Below are positions 43,848 to 55,700 of a DNA stretch of 64,000 nt, piece by piece. The stretch comes from Myxococcota bacterium (GTDB lineage: Bacteria > Myxococcota_A > UBA796 > CAJQPC01), in the NCBI GenBank assembly GCA_036229005.1, contig JAZAMN010000020.1, forward strand, positions 128,001 to 192,000, given 5' to 3'. The translations under genes were made by a program, and so were the position numbers. Position 1 is the first letter of the stretch; every line of letters starts with the position of its first letter. The notes below the pieces were generated by a model, which saw nothing but the letters and a program-made list of their open reading frames with translations, was not told where the DNA came from and ran no database searches.

Positions 43848-44653
43848 CAGAAGCCTCCGGTGCGAATGACTTCCCAGCGGGCGCGGGTGCGGGCCCGGAC
43901 GCGCTGCGGGATGCCAAGGGTGTTGTGGATGGTCGCGTGCTCGAGATCCAGGGCCTTCTCCTTCTCCCACAGGGAGCGGAGGGTCAGCGTCAGAGCGCCG
44001 AGCTCCTGGGCCATGATCAGCTTCTGGGCCTCGTCCGGGTAGACGGCCAGGGTGACGGTGCGCCCGCCGTCCATGCCGCCCGGCTCGTAGACCTCCTCGT
44101 CGCCCTCGGTGTTGGTCACCGCCTGGGGCTGCCCGATGTCGTCACCCACCGCCAGCACGTACACGTTCTGGAAGAGGGTCACGGTGCGGACGTCGGTCTT
44201 GTCGCCCTCGCCAAAGTCGAAGGTGCCGACGATGTCCACGTAGGTGCCGGGCTTGACGTGCCCGCCCACCGAGTTGAACTCGTCCACCGCCACGGACACG
44301 CCGCGCATGCGCGGGGGCACGTAGAAGGCCAGTCCCGCCTCGTCCGGCTTGACCAGCTTGGTGGCCAGGACCTGCTCCCCCTCCAGGATGGGGTTGGAGG
44401 AGATCTGGCCGAGCACCTCGTCCACGTCGGTCACCGCCTGGGGCTGGCGCCACTTGCGGGGCACCATGACGGTGTCGAACATGGTCTCGTCCAGCTTGTA
44501 GTTGGCCGGAATGTCACGGTTGGCGACCAGCGTGGCCATCTCTTCGGAGTCGTAGAGAAGACCCTGCTCGCGATGGTGCACATAGCGGCACTGGACCAAT
44601 GTGAAGAGCAGCGCAGTGATCAGCGCCGCGATGAAGGCCTTGGGGTTCTTCAC
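43847..44653 (-). CDS. cpaB: Flp pilus assembly protein CpaB/RcpC
   Basis: SAF-like LVANRDIP, MRGVSVAVD..NSVGGHVKPG.YVDI, QNVYVLAVG, VTLAV.P.EAQKL. Confidence 0.88.
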   Translation of the reverse strand: MKNPKAFIAALITALLFTLVQCRYVHHREQGLLYDSEEMATLVANRDIPANYKLDETMFDTVMVPRKWRQPQAVTDVDEVLGQISSNPILEGEQVLATKLVKPDEAGLAFYVPPRMRGVSVAVDEFNSVGGHVKPGTYVDIVGTFDFGEGDKTDVRTVTLFQNVYVLAVGDDIGQPQAVTNTEGDEEVYEPGGMDGGRTVTLAVYPDEAQKLIMAQELGALTLTLRSLWEKEKALDLEHATIHNTLGIPQRVRARTRARWEVIRTGGF

Positions 44654-44734
44654 GCCCACCTCGGATACCGCCGAACAATAGCAGGCAGCGGCGCCCAAGT
44701 GGGCTGAGGCCCCCCAAGAGACCTCAGCGGACGC

Positions 44735-44932
44735 TCAACGTCGACCCGGTTGAGACGCGGGCCGCTCGTCGTCCAGGAGGATCCGCGTGTCGTCATCCAA
44801 GGCCTCCATCCCCTCCTGGAGCGGGCCGATGAAGACATAGGCAGCAGCCGCCACACCGATCACCACCACCGAGATCGCCAGCATGAACTCCACCGTGGAT
44901 TGGCCCGATCGGCGCAAGCGAGGTCGACTCAT
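44735..44932 (-). CDS. Flp/TadE-like small pilin
   Basis: RRSG|QSTVEF class IVb prepilin site plus hydrophobic helix. Confidence 0.8.
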   Translation of the reverse strand: MSRPRLRRSGQSTVEFMLAISVVVIGVAAAAYVFIGPLQEGMEALDDDTRILLDDERPASQPGRR

Positions 44933-45453
44933 GCGCCCCCCCAGAAGTCCAGCCAGTCGGTGAACCGCGCGACCGCCACCGCCACCGCGATGACCGGGGC
45001 GTAGGCCACCACCGTCACCGGGACCGGGGGCGCGCCCTCCTCCTGCTGCCCCGCGGCGCTCTGGACGCCGGCCTTGAGCGCGGGGATCAGGTTGCCCAGC
45101 CGCCCCTTGTACGCGAGCACGCCCAGGCCAAAGGGGATGGACAGCAGGTACATCAGCAGGCAGGCGCGGAACACCATGCCCGGCCCCACCAGCGCGCCCA
45201 CCGCCATCATCAGCTTGGCGTCTCCGGCGCGCAGGGTGCGCCCCAGGGCGAAGGCGGGGAAGGTCATGCCGAAGCCCACCGCGATCCCCAGCAACCCGAA
45301 ACCCACCTGACCCTGGAGCACCCAGTAGCAGGCGCCGATCAGCATGGCCGGGAAGGTGAGCTTGTTGAAGATCTTCTGGTACTTGAGGTCCGTACCGACC
45401 GCGATGGCCAGCAGCAGCCCCAAGGCCCCATCCACCACCGTGAGCTGGTCCAT
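44929..45453 (-). CDS. Prepilin peptidase CpaA/TadV (A24)
   Basis: TDLKYQKIFN, AGDAKLMMAVGA, YAPVIA. Confidence 0.88.
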   Translation of the reverse strand: MDQLTVVDGALGLLLAIAVGTDLKYQKIFNKLTFPAMLIGACYWVLQGQVGFGLLGIAVGFGMTFPAFALGRTLRAGDAKLMMAVGALVGPGMVFRACLLMYLLSIPFGLGVLAYKGRLGNLIPALKAGVQSAAGQQEEGAPPVPVTVVAYAPVIAVAVAVARFTDWLDFWGGA

Positions 45454-45611
45454 CAGGGGTAGGGCCTCACCACCACGTCGCTGGCGTTCTTGAAGGTCAG
45501 GCTCACGCTGTCGGTCAGCACCAGGAAGGCCGCGGCCAGACCGACCACCACCACGCTGATGCCCAACACGTACTCGACGACGGACTGGCCGGATCTCAGG
45601 CGACGCTTCAT
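45453..45611 (-). CDS. Flp-like small pilin (52 aa)
   Basis: MKRRLRSG|QSVVEYVLGISVVVVGLAAAF; TGATG-coupled to the peptidase. Confidence 0.82.
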   Translation of the reverse strand: MKRRLRSGQSVVEYVLGISVVVVGLAAAFLVLTDSVSLTFKNASDVVVRPYP

Positions 45612-45885
45612 GCCTACAGCATAGCGGCACGGGGGAGCAGCATGCCCGGATGTTCTCACCGCTGCTGCCCTCGGGCCCACCCGAACATCGAAGCTTCCCG
45701 GCATGGGACCGCCCTCGGGGCGCAACGGGGTGCCGGCCGATCGGGGCACCCCAGCTCCGGGCTTCGCGCTCGGAGGCTCTTCCCTCTCGGGGGGCGCCGC
45801 GCTGTCCCACTGCCTGGGACGGCTGGCCGCCCTGAGCCGCCGGTGGGAGGAGACCTGAGCTTCAGGCCCCCTCAAGGGGTGGGGC

Positions 45886-46293
45886 TCAGGAGCCCCAGCT
45901 CCGGCGCTCGTGCTGCTCCGCCTGCGTCTTGCAGTCGATGCAGAGGGTGGCGACCGGACGCGCCAGCAGGCGCTTGTAGCCGATGGCCTCGCCGCAGCCC
46001 TCGCAGACGCCGTACTCGCCCTCGGAGATGCGCTCCAGAGCCATCTGGATCTTGCCCAGCATCTTGCGCTCGCGGTCCGCGAAGCGCAGGCGGTGGCCGC
46101 GCTCGGACTCGTTGGCGGCGACATCGACCTGGTCTCCGTCGTGGTTCTGCTCTTCGGTCAGATCCCCGATGTTGTCGCGGGAGCGATCGATCAGCAGCTT
46201 GGCCTGGTCCCGGAGGGCCTGGCGAAGGTGCATCACCTCCTCTTGGGACAGGTACTCATCCTCGGGGGGGAGATCGGTCACGTCAGCGCTCAT
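45886..46293 (-). CDS. dksA: DksA (TraR/DksA C4 zinc finger)
   Basis: Coiled-coil tip DQVDVA (DxxDxA); YGVCEGCGEAI..KRL.ARP.ATLCIDCK. Confidence 0.88.
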   Translation of the reverse strand: MSADVTDLPPEDEYLSQEEVMHLRQALRDQAKLLIDRSRDNIGDLTEEQNHDGDQVDVAANESERGHRLRFADRERKMLGKIQMALERISEGEYGVCEGCGEAIGYKRLLARPVATLCIDCKTQAEQHERRSWGS

Positions 46294-46471
46294 GTGCACC
46301 TCTCTGAGTCAGGCAGGCATTGGGCATCGGCCATTAACGGCTGAGCTTGGCATATCCAAGGCAGGAATTCTGCTCCCCGATCCCTCCAGCGGCAAGATGT
46401 CCCGTGCCGAAGGCGGGATCGCGTGGTAATCGGGGCCACCTGGGCCCCGCCCGCCCCCCTGGAGGAACACG

Positions 46472-46798
46472 ATGGCGCCGCGCGCTCTCTGGCCACTCGC
46501 CCTGCTGCTCGGACTGTCGGCCTGCTACAGCGAGGCGGACTACGAGGCCGAGTACACCGAAGCGATCTGCGACAAGTACTTCGAGTGCTACGACCAGGCG
46601 CAGCAGGAGAACCTGTCCTGGGACAGCGCGGACGAGTGCTACGAAGAGCGCGACGCGCCCCTCCAGACCCAGGAGTCGAGCTGCGAGTTCGACGCCGACA
46701 GCGCGCAGCTCTGCGTCGAGGAGACCCGGGACCTGGCCTGCGCGGATCTCTACGACGGACGCTGGCCGACTCCCTGCTCCACCGTCTGCGGCGAGTAG
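46472..46798 (+). CDS. Small acidic Cys-rich lipoprotein
   Basis: LLGLSAC lipobox; CDKYFEC and further Cys; RBS GGAGG. Confidence 0.8.
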   Translation: MAPRALWPLALLLGLSACYSEADYEAEYTEAICDKYFECYDQAQQENLSWDSADECYEERDAPLQTQESSCEFDADSAQLCVEETRDLACADLYDGRWPTPCSTVCGE

Positions 46799-46819
46799 AC
46801 TGAGCGCACAGGACTCCCC

Positions 46820-48889
<2,070 letters not shown>

Positions 48890-48902
48890 GCAAGGAGCTC
48901 TC

Positions 48903-49817
48903 TTGAGCGCAGAAGTCATGCCTCGCAAGGACCCGCTGCCCCTGGCGGCGTTCAAGGCCCTCCGCCCCAAGCAGTGGACCAAGAATGTCCTGCTGCTCGC
49001 GGCCCTCATCTTCTCCATCAAGTTCACCGACCTGCACAGCGTCGGTCTGGCCTTCTGGGGCGTCGGCGCCTTCTGCCTGATGTCCTCCTCCGGCTACATC
49101 TTCAACGACCTGATGGACCGCGAGGCGGACGCCCTCCACCCCGAGAAGAAGCGCCGCCCCATCGCCTCCGGAGCCCTCCCCGTGGGCGCCGCCTGGGGCC
49201 TGGGCATCCTCTGCCTGGTCGCCGGCTCCGCCCTGGCCTTCCTGCTGGATCCCTGGTTCGCGGCCATCGCCGCCGGCTACTGGGTCAACACCATGACCTA
49301 CAGCGTCTGGGGCAAGCACCAGGTCATCCTGGACGTCATGATGATCGCGGCGGGCTTCTTGGCCCGCGCCATGGCCGGCGCCGTCGCCATCAACGTGCCC
49401 ATCTCCCCCTGGCTGCTGCTCTGCGCGGGCTTCCTGGCCCTCTTCCTGGGCTTCAACAAGCGCCGCGGCGAGCTGCTCTCCGTGGGCGACGGCGGCCAGC
49501 GCAAGAGCCTCAAGCACTACAACACCAACCTGCTCGAGGAGATCCAGGCGGTCACCTCCAGCGGCGCCATCATCAGCTACGCGCTCTACACGGTGCTGGG
49601 CTCCCCCACGCCCTGGCTGCTGCTGACCTTCCCGCTGCCGCTCTATGCCGTCTGGCGCTACATGTACCTGGTCCAGCAGGGCAAGACGGGCGACCCCTCC
49701 AAGGTCCTGCTCACCGACAAACCCATCCTGATCATCTGCGTGGTCTACGGCCTGGTCGCCATGGGCATCCTGCTGTGGGCCCCCACCGACGGCGGCGACC
49801 TCTTCGGGCCCCTCTGA
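48903..49817 (+). CDS. UbiA-family prenyltransferase (decaprenyl-phosphate phosphoribosyltransferase-like)
   Basis: LRPKQWTKN, YIFNDLMDREADALHPEKKRRPIASG, KRRGEL. Confidence 0.9.
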   Translation: MSAEVMPRKDPLPLAAFKALRPKQWTKNVLLLAALIFSIKFTDLHSVGLAFWGVGAFCLMSSSGYIFNDLMDREADALHPEKKRRPIASGALPVGAAWGLGILCLVAGSALAFLLDPWFAAIAAGYWVNTMTYSVWGKHQVILDVMMIAAGFLARAMAGAVAINVPISPWLLLCAGFLALFLGFNKRRGELLSVGDGGQRKSLKHYNTNLLEEIQAVTSSGAIISYALYTVLGSPTPWLLLTFPLPLYAVWRYMYLVQQGKTGDPSKVLLTDKPILIICVVYGLVAMGILLWAPTDGGDLFGPL

Positions 49818-49826
49818 GCCCAGCGC

Positions 49827-50210
49827 TCAGGCCCGGGGGTTGAACACCAGCTCCCAGGGGTTGCCCTCGGGGTCCAGGAAATAGCCCCGGTAGCCCCCCC
49901 ACGCGGCGCGCTCCGCCGGCCGGGTGATCCGCGCCCCCGCCGCCTGCGCCCGCGCCATCCACGCGTCGACCTCCTGCGCGCTGTCCACGTTCAGGGAGAT
50001 CAGCGTGCGCCCAAGCCCCCCCTGCGGCAGCGCCACGCCCAGCTCCGCAGACAGCGCCTCTGCGGGGTACAGCGCCAAGGTCAGCGGCCCCAGGGAGAAG
50101 CAGATCAGAGCCCCCGGCCCCTCTCGGCTCACCACCAGCCCCAGGGCCTCATAGAACCCCCGCAAGACCCCTGGCGCAGCCGAGGACAGGGTGATGTAGC
50201 TGGGGCGCAT
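49827..50210 (-). CDS. VOC/glyoxalase family protein
   Basis: FYEALG, WGGYRGYFLDPEGNPWEL. Confidence 0.88.
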   Translation of the reverse strand: MRPSYITLSSAAPGVLRGFYEALGLVVSREGPGALICFSLGPLTLALYPAEALSAELGVALPQGGLGRTLISLNVDSAQEVDAWMARAQAAGARITRPAERAAWGGYRGYFLDPEGNPWELVFNPRA

Positions 50211-51139
50211 CACGGCTGGAGCTGCTCCACGATGCGCGGCGGAGGGCCCGCGGCGGGCACATCGGCCAGCGCCTGCAGCGACGGAGAGGACGCCAGGGTC
50301 GTGCCCGGCTCCCCCGGATCCACGTCCACGTAGCGCACCAGCAGGCCGTGGCCCTGGGGCCCCAGCCACGCCGCGGGCAGCGACAGCTCCAGGCCCGTCC
50401 CGAACTCCACGGACTCGGTGAACACCGCGTGCGCCCCCGCGGGAGTGGGCGCGACCCCGGCCCCCTGCACCGGCAGGCTCACGGCGCCCTGGAGCGTCTG
50501 CACCTCGATGCGGTCCTGGCCGGGGAGCAGGGCGTCGTCCCGGACGCGCAGGGCCAGCACCAGGTCGGGGCCGTCGATGCGCCCGACGATCGCCAGCGCG
50601 CCGTCCCGGGGCCCGCTCCAGTGCGTGAGGCCCTCGCGCACGTGCCCCCGGCTGTCCACCGCCAGGCTGCGGGAGCCGCGCCACTCCTCCAGGTCGCCGT
50701 CCGCCAGGGCCTGGCCCTCGGTGAGCAGCACCATGGACACGATGCCGAAGGGGTCCAGGCTCTCATCGGAGAGCTGGCTGGCCGTGAGCAGCTCCACCGA
50801 GCGCAGGGCTGCGACCCCGTCGACCAGCACCAGGGGCTGATGGCGCAGGGGAAGCGCCAGGGTGACCTCGTCTGCGGAGCGGGTGACACCGAAGCCCTGA
50901 CCTGGACCCTGGGCCCGGACGGTGGACTCAATGGGTGCGGAGGGCCACACAGCCCCATCGACCCGGAGCGCAGAGGGGGCGTATCGGAGCTGGGGCGGGC
51001 GCTCGGGATCGTCCAGGCGCACCACCACGGAGAGCTGCCGACCATCCTGGGTGTCGACCCCCACAGCCACCGCCGCCGGGAGCAGATCGCGCCGGTCGGG
51101 GACGGGGGCGCAGGCCAGCGCCAGGGTCAGGAGAGGCAC
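50210..51139 (-). CDS. Hypothetical lipoprotein
   Basis: MPLLTLALAC; coupled to both neighbours. Confidence 0.6.
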   Translation of the reverse strand: MPLLTLALACAPVPDRRDLLPAAVAVGVDTQDGRQLSVVVRLDDPERPPQLRYAPSALRVDGAVWPSAPIESTVRAQGPGQGFGVTRSADEVTLALPLRHQPLVLVDGVAALRSVELLTASQLSDESLDPFGIVSMVLLTEGQALADGDLEEWRGSRSLAVDSRGHVREGLTHWSGPRDGALAIVGRIDGPDLVLALRVRDDALLPGQDRIEVQTLQGAVSLPVQGAGVAPTPAGAHAVFTESVEFGTGLELSLPAAWLGPQGHGLLVRYVDVDPGEPGTTLASSPSLQALADVPAAGPPPRIVEQLQP

Positions 51140-51657
51140 GCCGCCAGCAGCGCGTCGAGGTCCGGGAGCTCCCCGACGTGGGCGCCGTAGTGGGCGTGGA
51201 CGACCCGACCGCCCTTGAGGACGAGCTGGGCCGGCAGCCGGAGCTGACGCCGCTCGATGGGGCCGTGTCCGTGTCGGAGCGCCCGCACCGCGCCGCGGAT
51301 CGAGGCCACGCCGAGCCCCCGCAGCCGTCCAGACAAGGGCTTTGCACCGCCCACACCCCAGGCCTCGAACAGGGCCTGCTCGGGGTCGGTGATCAGGGGG
51401 TAGAGCAGGTGGTGGCGGGGCACGAAGTCCCGGGCGAGCTCCAGGTCCGAGTCGGAGATCGCGACGACCTGGACGCCCTCCACGTCAAAGTCCCCGTGGC
51501 GCGCCTGGAGCTGGAACAGCGCCTCGCGGGTCAGGGGGGACGAGAGGGAGCGGACGAACACCACGAGCTGGGTGCGCTCGGGATCGGGCAGCCGGACGGG
51601 CAGGCCGAAAACCGGCTGACGCTCTACGGAAGGGGGGGTGTCGCCGACGGAGAACAT
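51127..51657 (-). CDS. AhpC/TSA-like thioredoxin-fold protein lacking the redox cysteines
   Basis: VGDTPP, LVVFVRSLSSPLTRE (CxxC position is SxxT), VVAIS, YPLITDPE..LFEAWG. Confidence 0.75.
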   Translation of the reverse strand: MFSVGDTPPSVERQPVFGLPVRLPDPERTQLVVFVRSLSSPLTREALFQLQARHGDFDVEGVQVVAISDSDLELARDFVPRHHLLYPLITDPEQALFEAWGVGGAKPLSGRLRGLGVASIRGAVRALRHGHGPIERRQLRLPAQLVLKGGRVVHAHYGAHVGELPDLDALLAACLS

Positions 51658-51721
51658 GGGGGACTGATAATGACATTCTCCGCACCTTGCTGGCGCGGCG
51701 TTTGGCGTACAGGATGTGTGC

Positions 51722-52648
51722 ATGCTCGAGATTCAAGACAAGGTCCTGGACACCCTGGTCCAGCGCGCAACCGAGAACACCGCCCGTGCCGGCTGCCTGG
51801 TCGACCAGCTCGAGCAGCTCGACCAGCTCGATCAGCCGCTGTTGGACGACGTCCTGCGCGAGATGATCGCCCAGCGACGCGCCGCCCTGGAGCATGAGCT
51901 GGCCCAGTTGATCCTGAGCTGGCGCCGCATGGGCGGCCGCGTCTGCCTGAACGCCGAGGGCCTCCAGACCGCCCCGACCCGCGTCCAGATCGAGCCCGAG
52001 CCCGAGCCCGAAGAGGCCCCGGACCCCCAGTGGACCCGGGTGCTCGCGAGCCTGCTGCGGAAGGGCCGCCACCACAAGGCCTACACCGAAGAGCTGGCCG
52101 CCATCGGCGCGGTCCTGGAGGCCGTCGACCAGTGGCCTCGGCTCCCCCGCCGCGCGCAGTCCACGCTGATCGAGTGGCTCACCGCCCGCCTGCGCCACCT
52201 CCAGACCACCGGCGATGAGCGCGACTGGCGCGTCGAGCAGGGCTTCTCCGTGCTGACCCGCTACTCCCGCAGCCGCAAGCCGGGCTTCTGCTATGGGCTG
52301 GCGCGGGACCACTGCCCCCGGGACGAGTCCTGGGCCGCCGACGCCGTGGCCCTGCGCGAGCGCCTCCGGGACGCCATGGGCAGCGGAGAGGCCACCCCCG
52401 CCGACTCCCAGCGCATGCTCTCCGAGCTCCAGGAGCTGGGGCAGGAGCTCGAGCTCGCCCCCGATGTCGCCCAGGAGGCCGTGCGCTCCCAGCTCCTGGG
52501 CCGCCTGCAGTTCTGCCTGGACGAAGGCCTGCTGGCCCGCGATCCCCTCCTGGTGGCCCTGGCCACCCCCCAGCTCGAGCAGCTCGACGGGCCCCACTTC
52601 AAGGCCCTGCGCCGCGCCATCCTGGACAAGAGCGACCGCCGGATCTGA
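51722..52648 (+). CDS. Hypothetical helical protein
   Basis: Long ORF with coding-like codon usage; no family recognised. Confidence 0.65.
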   Translation: MLEIQDKVLDTLVQRATENTARAGCLVDQLEQLDQLDQPLLDDVLREMIAQRRAALEHELAQLILSWRRMGGRVCLNAEGLQTAPTRVQIEPEPEPEEAPDPQWTRVLASLLRKGRHHKAYTEELAAIGAVLEAVDQWPRLPRRAQSTLIEWLTARLRHLQTTGDERDWRVEQGFSVLTRYSRSRKPGFCYGLARDHCPRDESWAADAVALRERLRDAMGSGEATPADSQRMLSELQELGQELELAPDVAQEAVRSQLLGRLQFCLDEGLLARDPLLVALATPQLEQLDGPHFKALRRAILDKSDRRI

Positions 52649-52733
52649 GCCCGCCCGCGGCCCCTCTGTTTCTGTCGATTTCATCCGGGCGGATCTCACG
52701 GAGATCCCCGGCGGATGCTGATAGCTTGGCCCC

Positions 52734-55700
52734 GTGATCCCCTCCCACGCCAGCGGCGCCAGCATCGGCAACTGGTCCCTGGACTGGCGCCTGGGCGAAG
52801 GCAGCAGCGCGATCGTCTACCGCTGCGTGAACGCCACTGGCCTGGTCGCCGCCATGAAGCTGGCCCGCGACGCCCTGGCCCGCCCCCGCATCGAGCGCGA
52901 AGCCCAGACCCTGGCCCGAGGCCTGCACCCGGCGCTCCCCCGCCTGCTGGAGCACCTGGACGGGGGCTTCGTGATGGAGCTCATCCAGGGCAGCTCCCTG
53001 CGCGGGCTGGTGGTCGAGGCCGCGACGGCCGCCGGGATCGGGGCGCAGCTCTCGCAGGCGCTGGGGGCTCTGCACGCGGCAGGTCTGGCCCACGGGGATC
53101 TCTCCCCTCAGAACGTCTTGGTCGACCGCTCGGGGGACACGCGGCTCATCGACCTGGGTGGAGTCTGTGGCGCAGACGAGGTCACCCGTGCCCACACCAC
53201 CGGCTTCGCCGCCCCCGAGCCCGAGCCCACCGGCGCGGACCAGGACCGCTACGCGCTGGGCGCGCTGCTCCAGGGCCTCGCGGACGCGCCCCCGCCGGAG
53301 ATGGCCGCCGTGATCCGCGCCCTGCTCAGCCCGGACCCCGCCCAGCGCCCCCGGATGGACCAGGTGTTCCACGCGCTGGATCCCCTGGCCACCCGCCCGG
53401 GCGCCGTGGTCGCGGCCACCCTGGCGGAGGCCGCCACCCAGCTCCCCATCGAGCCCGGCCCCTTCGGCCGCTACACCCTGGAGCGCCGCCGCGGGCGCGG
53501 CGCGATGGGCGAGGTCTGGCAGGCCCAGGACGGCGTGCTCCGGCGCAAGGTCGCCCTCAAGCTGAGCTTCTCCGAGCAGGGCCGCTTCCTGCGGGAGGCG
53601 CGCGCGCTGGCCCGGCTGGACCACCCCAGCCTGGTGCGGCTGCTGGACTTCGGGCAGCAGGACGGGCGCAGCTTCCTGGCCATGGACCTGGTGGAGGGCC
53701 CCAGCCTGCAGGCGCGCCTGGAGGCCGGCCCCCTCTCGGAGGCCGAGCTGCTCCCGCTGGCCCAGGCCATCGCCGAGGGCCTGGCCGCGGTGCACCACGC
53801 CGGGCTGCTGCACCGGGACCTCAAGCCGGCCAACATCCTGCTCGCCCCGGAGGGCCCTCGGCTGGCCGACTTCGGGCTGGCCAGCTCCGCGGAGGGCAGC
53901 CAGCTCACCCAGGACGGCGCCCGCCTGGGGACCCCCGCCTACATGGCGCCCGAGCAGGCCCGGGGGGAGCCCCTGACCCCCGCCGCGGACGTCTACGGCC
54001 TGGGGGCGACCCTGTACCGGGCCATCAGCGGCAGGCGCCCCTTCCCGGGCAGCGACCCCGTCCAGGTGCTCGCGCAGGTGTCCGCGGGGCCGCCCCCCCG
54101 GCTGGAGCAGGGCTCCCCCGGACTCCGGGCCCTGGTCGCCCGCTGCATGGCCGCCCACCCCGCCGACCGCCCCCAGGACGGCCAGGCGCTGGTCGCCGAG
54201 CTGGAGCGCCTGGCTCGGGGCCAGAGCATCCAGGCGCCCAGCGCCCTGCGCCCCTGGCTGCGCCAGCACCGGGGCGGCCTGACCCTGGGGCTGGCCGGCC
54301 TGCTCGCCGCCGGGGCCACATTCTGGGCCGCGACCGGGCGGCAGGCCCGGCTGGCGGAGCGCGCCCAGATCGTTCAGCAGCAGCAGGTGGCGGCCCTGGA
54401 GGCGCAGGCCGCGGAGCTGGCCCTGCGCGATCCCCAGGCCGCCCTGCGGCTCCTGACCGAGGGCCTGGAGGCGCCCCCCCTGCGGGACAGCGCGGCGGCC
54501 GCCCAGGCCTGGCTGCGGCACGCCCGCGATCTGGACGCGCGCGGTGACCTCAGCGGGGCGGATCAGGCGCGCGCCCGGGCCTTCATCCACCACCCCCAGC
54601 CCGCGCAGGTGCTGGCCGAGCTGGGCCTGTCGCTGCAGGCGCAGGGTCAGCTCGAGGCCGCCCGGCAGGTGGGCTGGATCCTGGCCGAGCTGCCGGACCC
54701 CAGCCCGGAGAGCGACGCGCTGATCGCGGCGGCCCGAGTGGCTTCGGGTGACCTCGCTGGTGCCCAGGGGCCCCTGCGCAGTGTGTTGATGGCGCTGGAT
54801 GCGAGCGAGTTGGTCCCGGATCCCGGAGCGGCTGCCCAGCCCCTCCACCAGGGGAGCCCCCTGCCCGCGCACACCCAAGTGACGCAGCTCCCGGACAGCG
54901 CGACCCCGGAGTGGATCTACGCCGAAGAGGGCGTCTGGGGACTGGATCCGGACTCCGGGGCCCGGCGGGAGCTGGTCACCCCCATCCCCGGCAGCCACGA
55001 AGACCTGCTGCTGGCCCAGGTCAAGCCCGGCGGGGCCCCGGAGCTGGTGCTGCCAAGCGGGGCCTGGGGACCCTTCGACCTGCGGGTGTTCTCCAGCGCG
55101 GAGCCGGCGCCCTACCCCTTGCTGGTGCGCCTGCCCGTGGGCCACATCAGCTCCCTGGCGGCGCTGCCCCACCCCGACGGCGACCTGATGCTGCTGCCCA
55201 TCCGACACCTCTACGGGAGCCGCGAGGTCTTCCCCCAGGGGGACCCGGAGGGCCTGGGCGCGGGGCTGCATGTGCTCGGGCTGCGCGGGGGGCGGCTGCA
55301 GGTGCTGGACAGCTTCTGGGACGAACAGGGCTACGACCAGGTGTTCAGCGCCGACGTGGACGGCGACGGGCGCCTGGAGGGCTTCGCCCAGAGCGCGGAC
55401 CACCTGCTGGTGGTCGCGGAGCGACAGGGCAGGGTCCACCACCAGTGGATCGCCGGCGTGGACGCCTCCCGGCGGGCCGGGGACCTGGACGGCGACGGAG
55501 ACGAGGAGCTCTACGCGCGGGTGGACGGCCAGTGGCGCGTGCTGGGGTCGGGGGACCAGCCCTTTCCTCGCTCGGGCCCACCCCCCTCCACGCAGGTGGC
55601 GCAGGCCCAGGTGCGCAGAGCGGTGCAGCTCGACGAGCTCGGGCTCCACGAGGCCTCCATCTCCTCCCTGGAGCGGCTGCTGAGCGACCCGGAGCTGAGG

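Noticed and set aside
45640..45885. Riboswitch (e.g. c-di-GMP) leader of the Tad operon
   Set aside because: No recognisable aptamer consensus, and the pilin gene has its own -10 box 6 nt before the ATG, suggesting a leaderless transcript.
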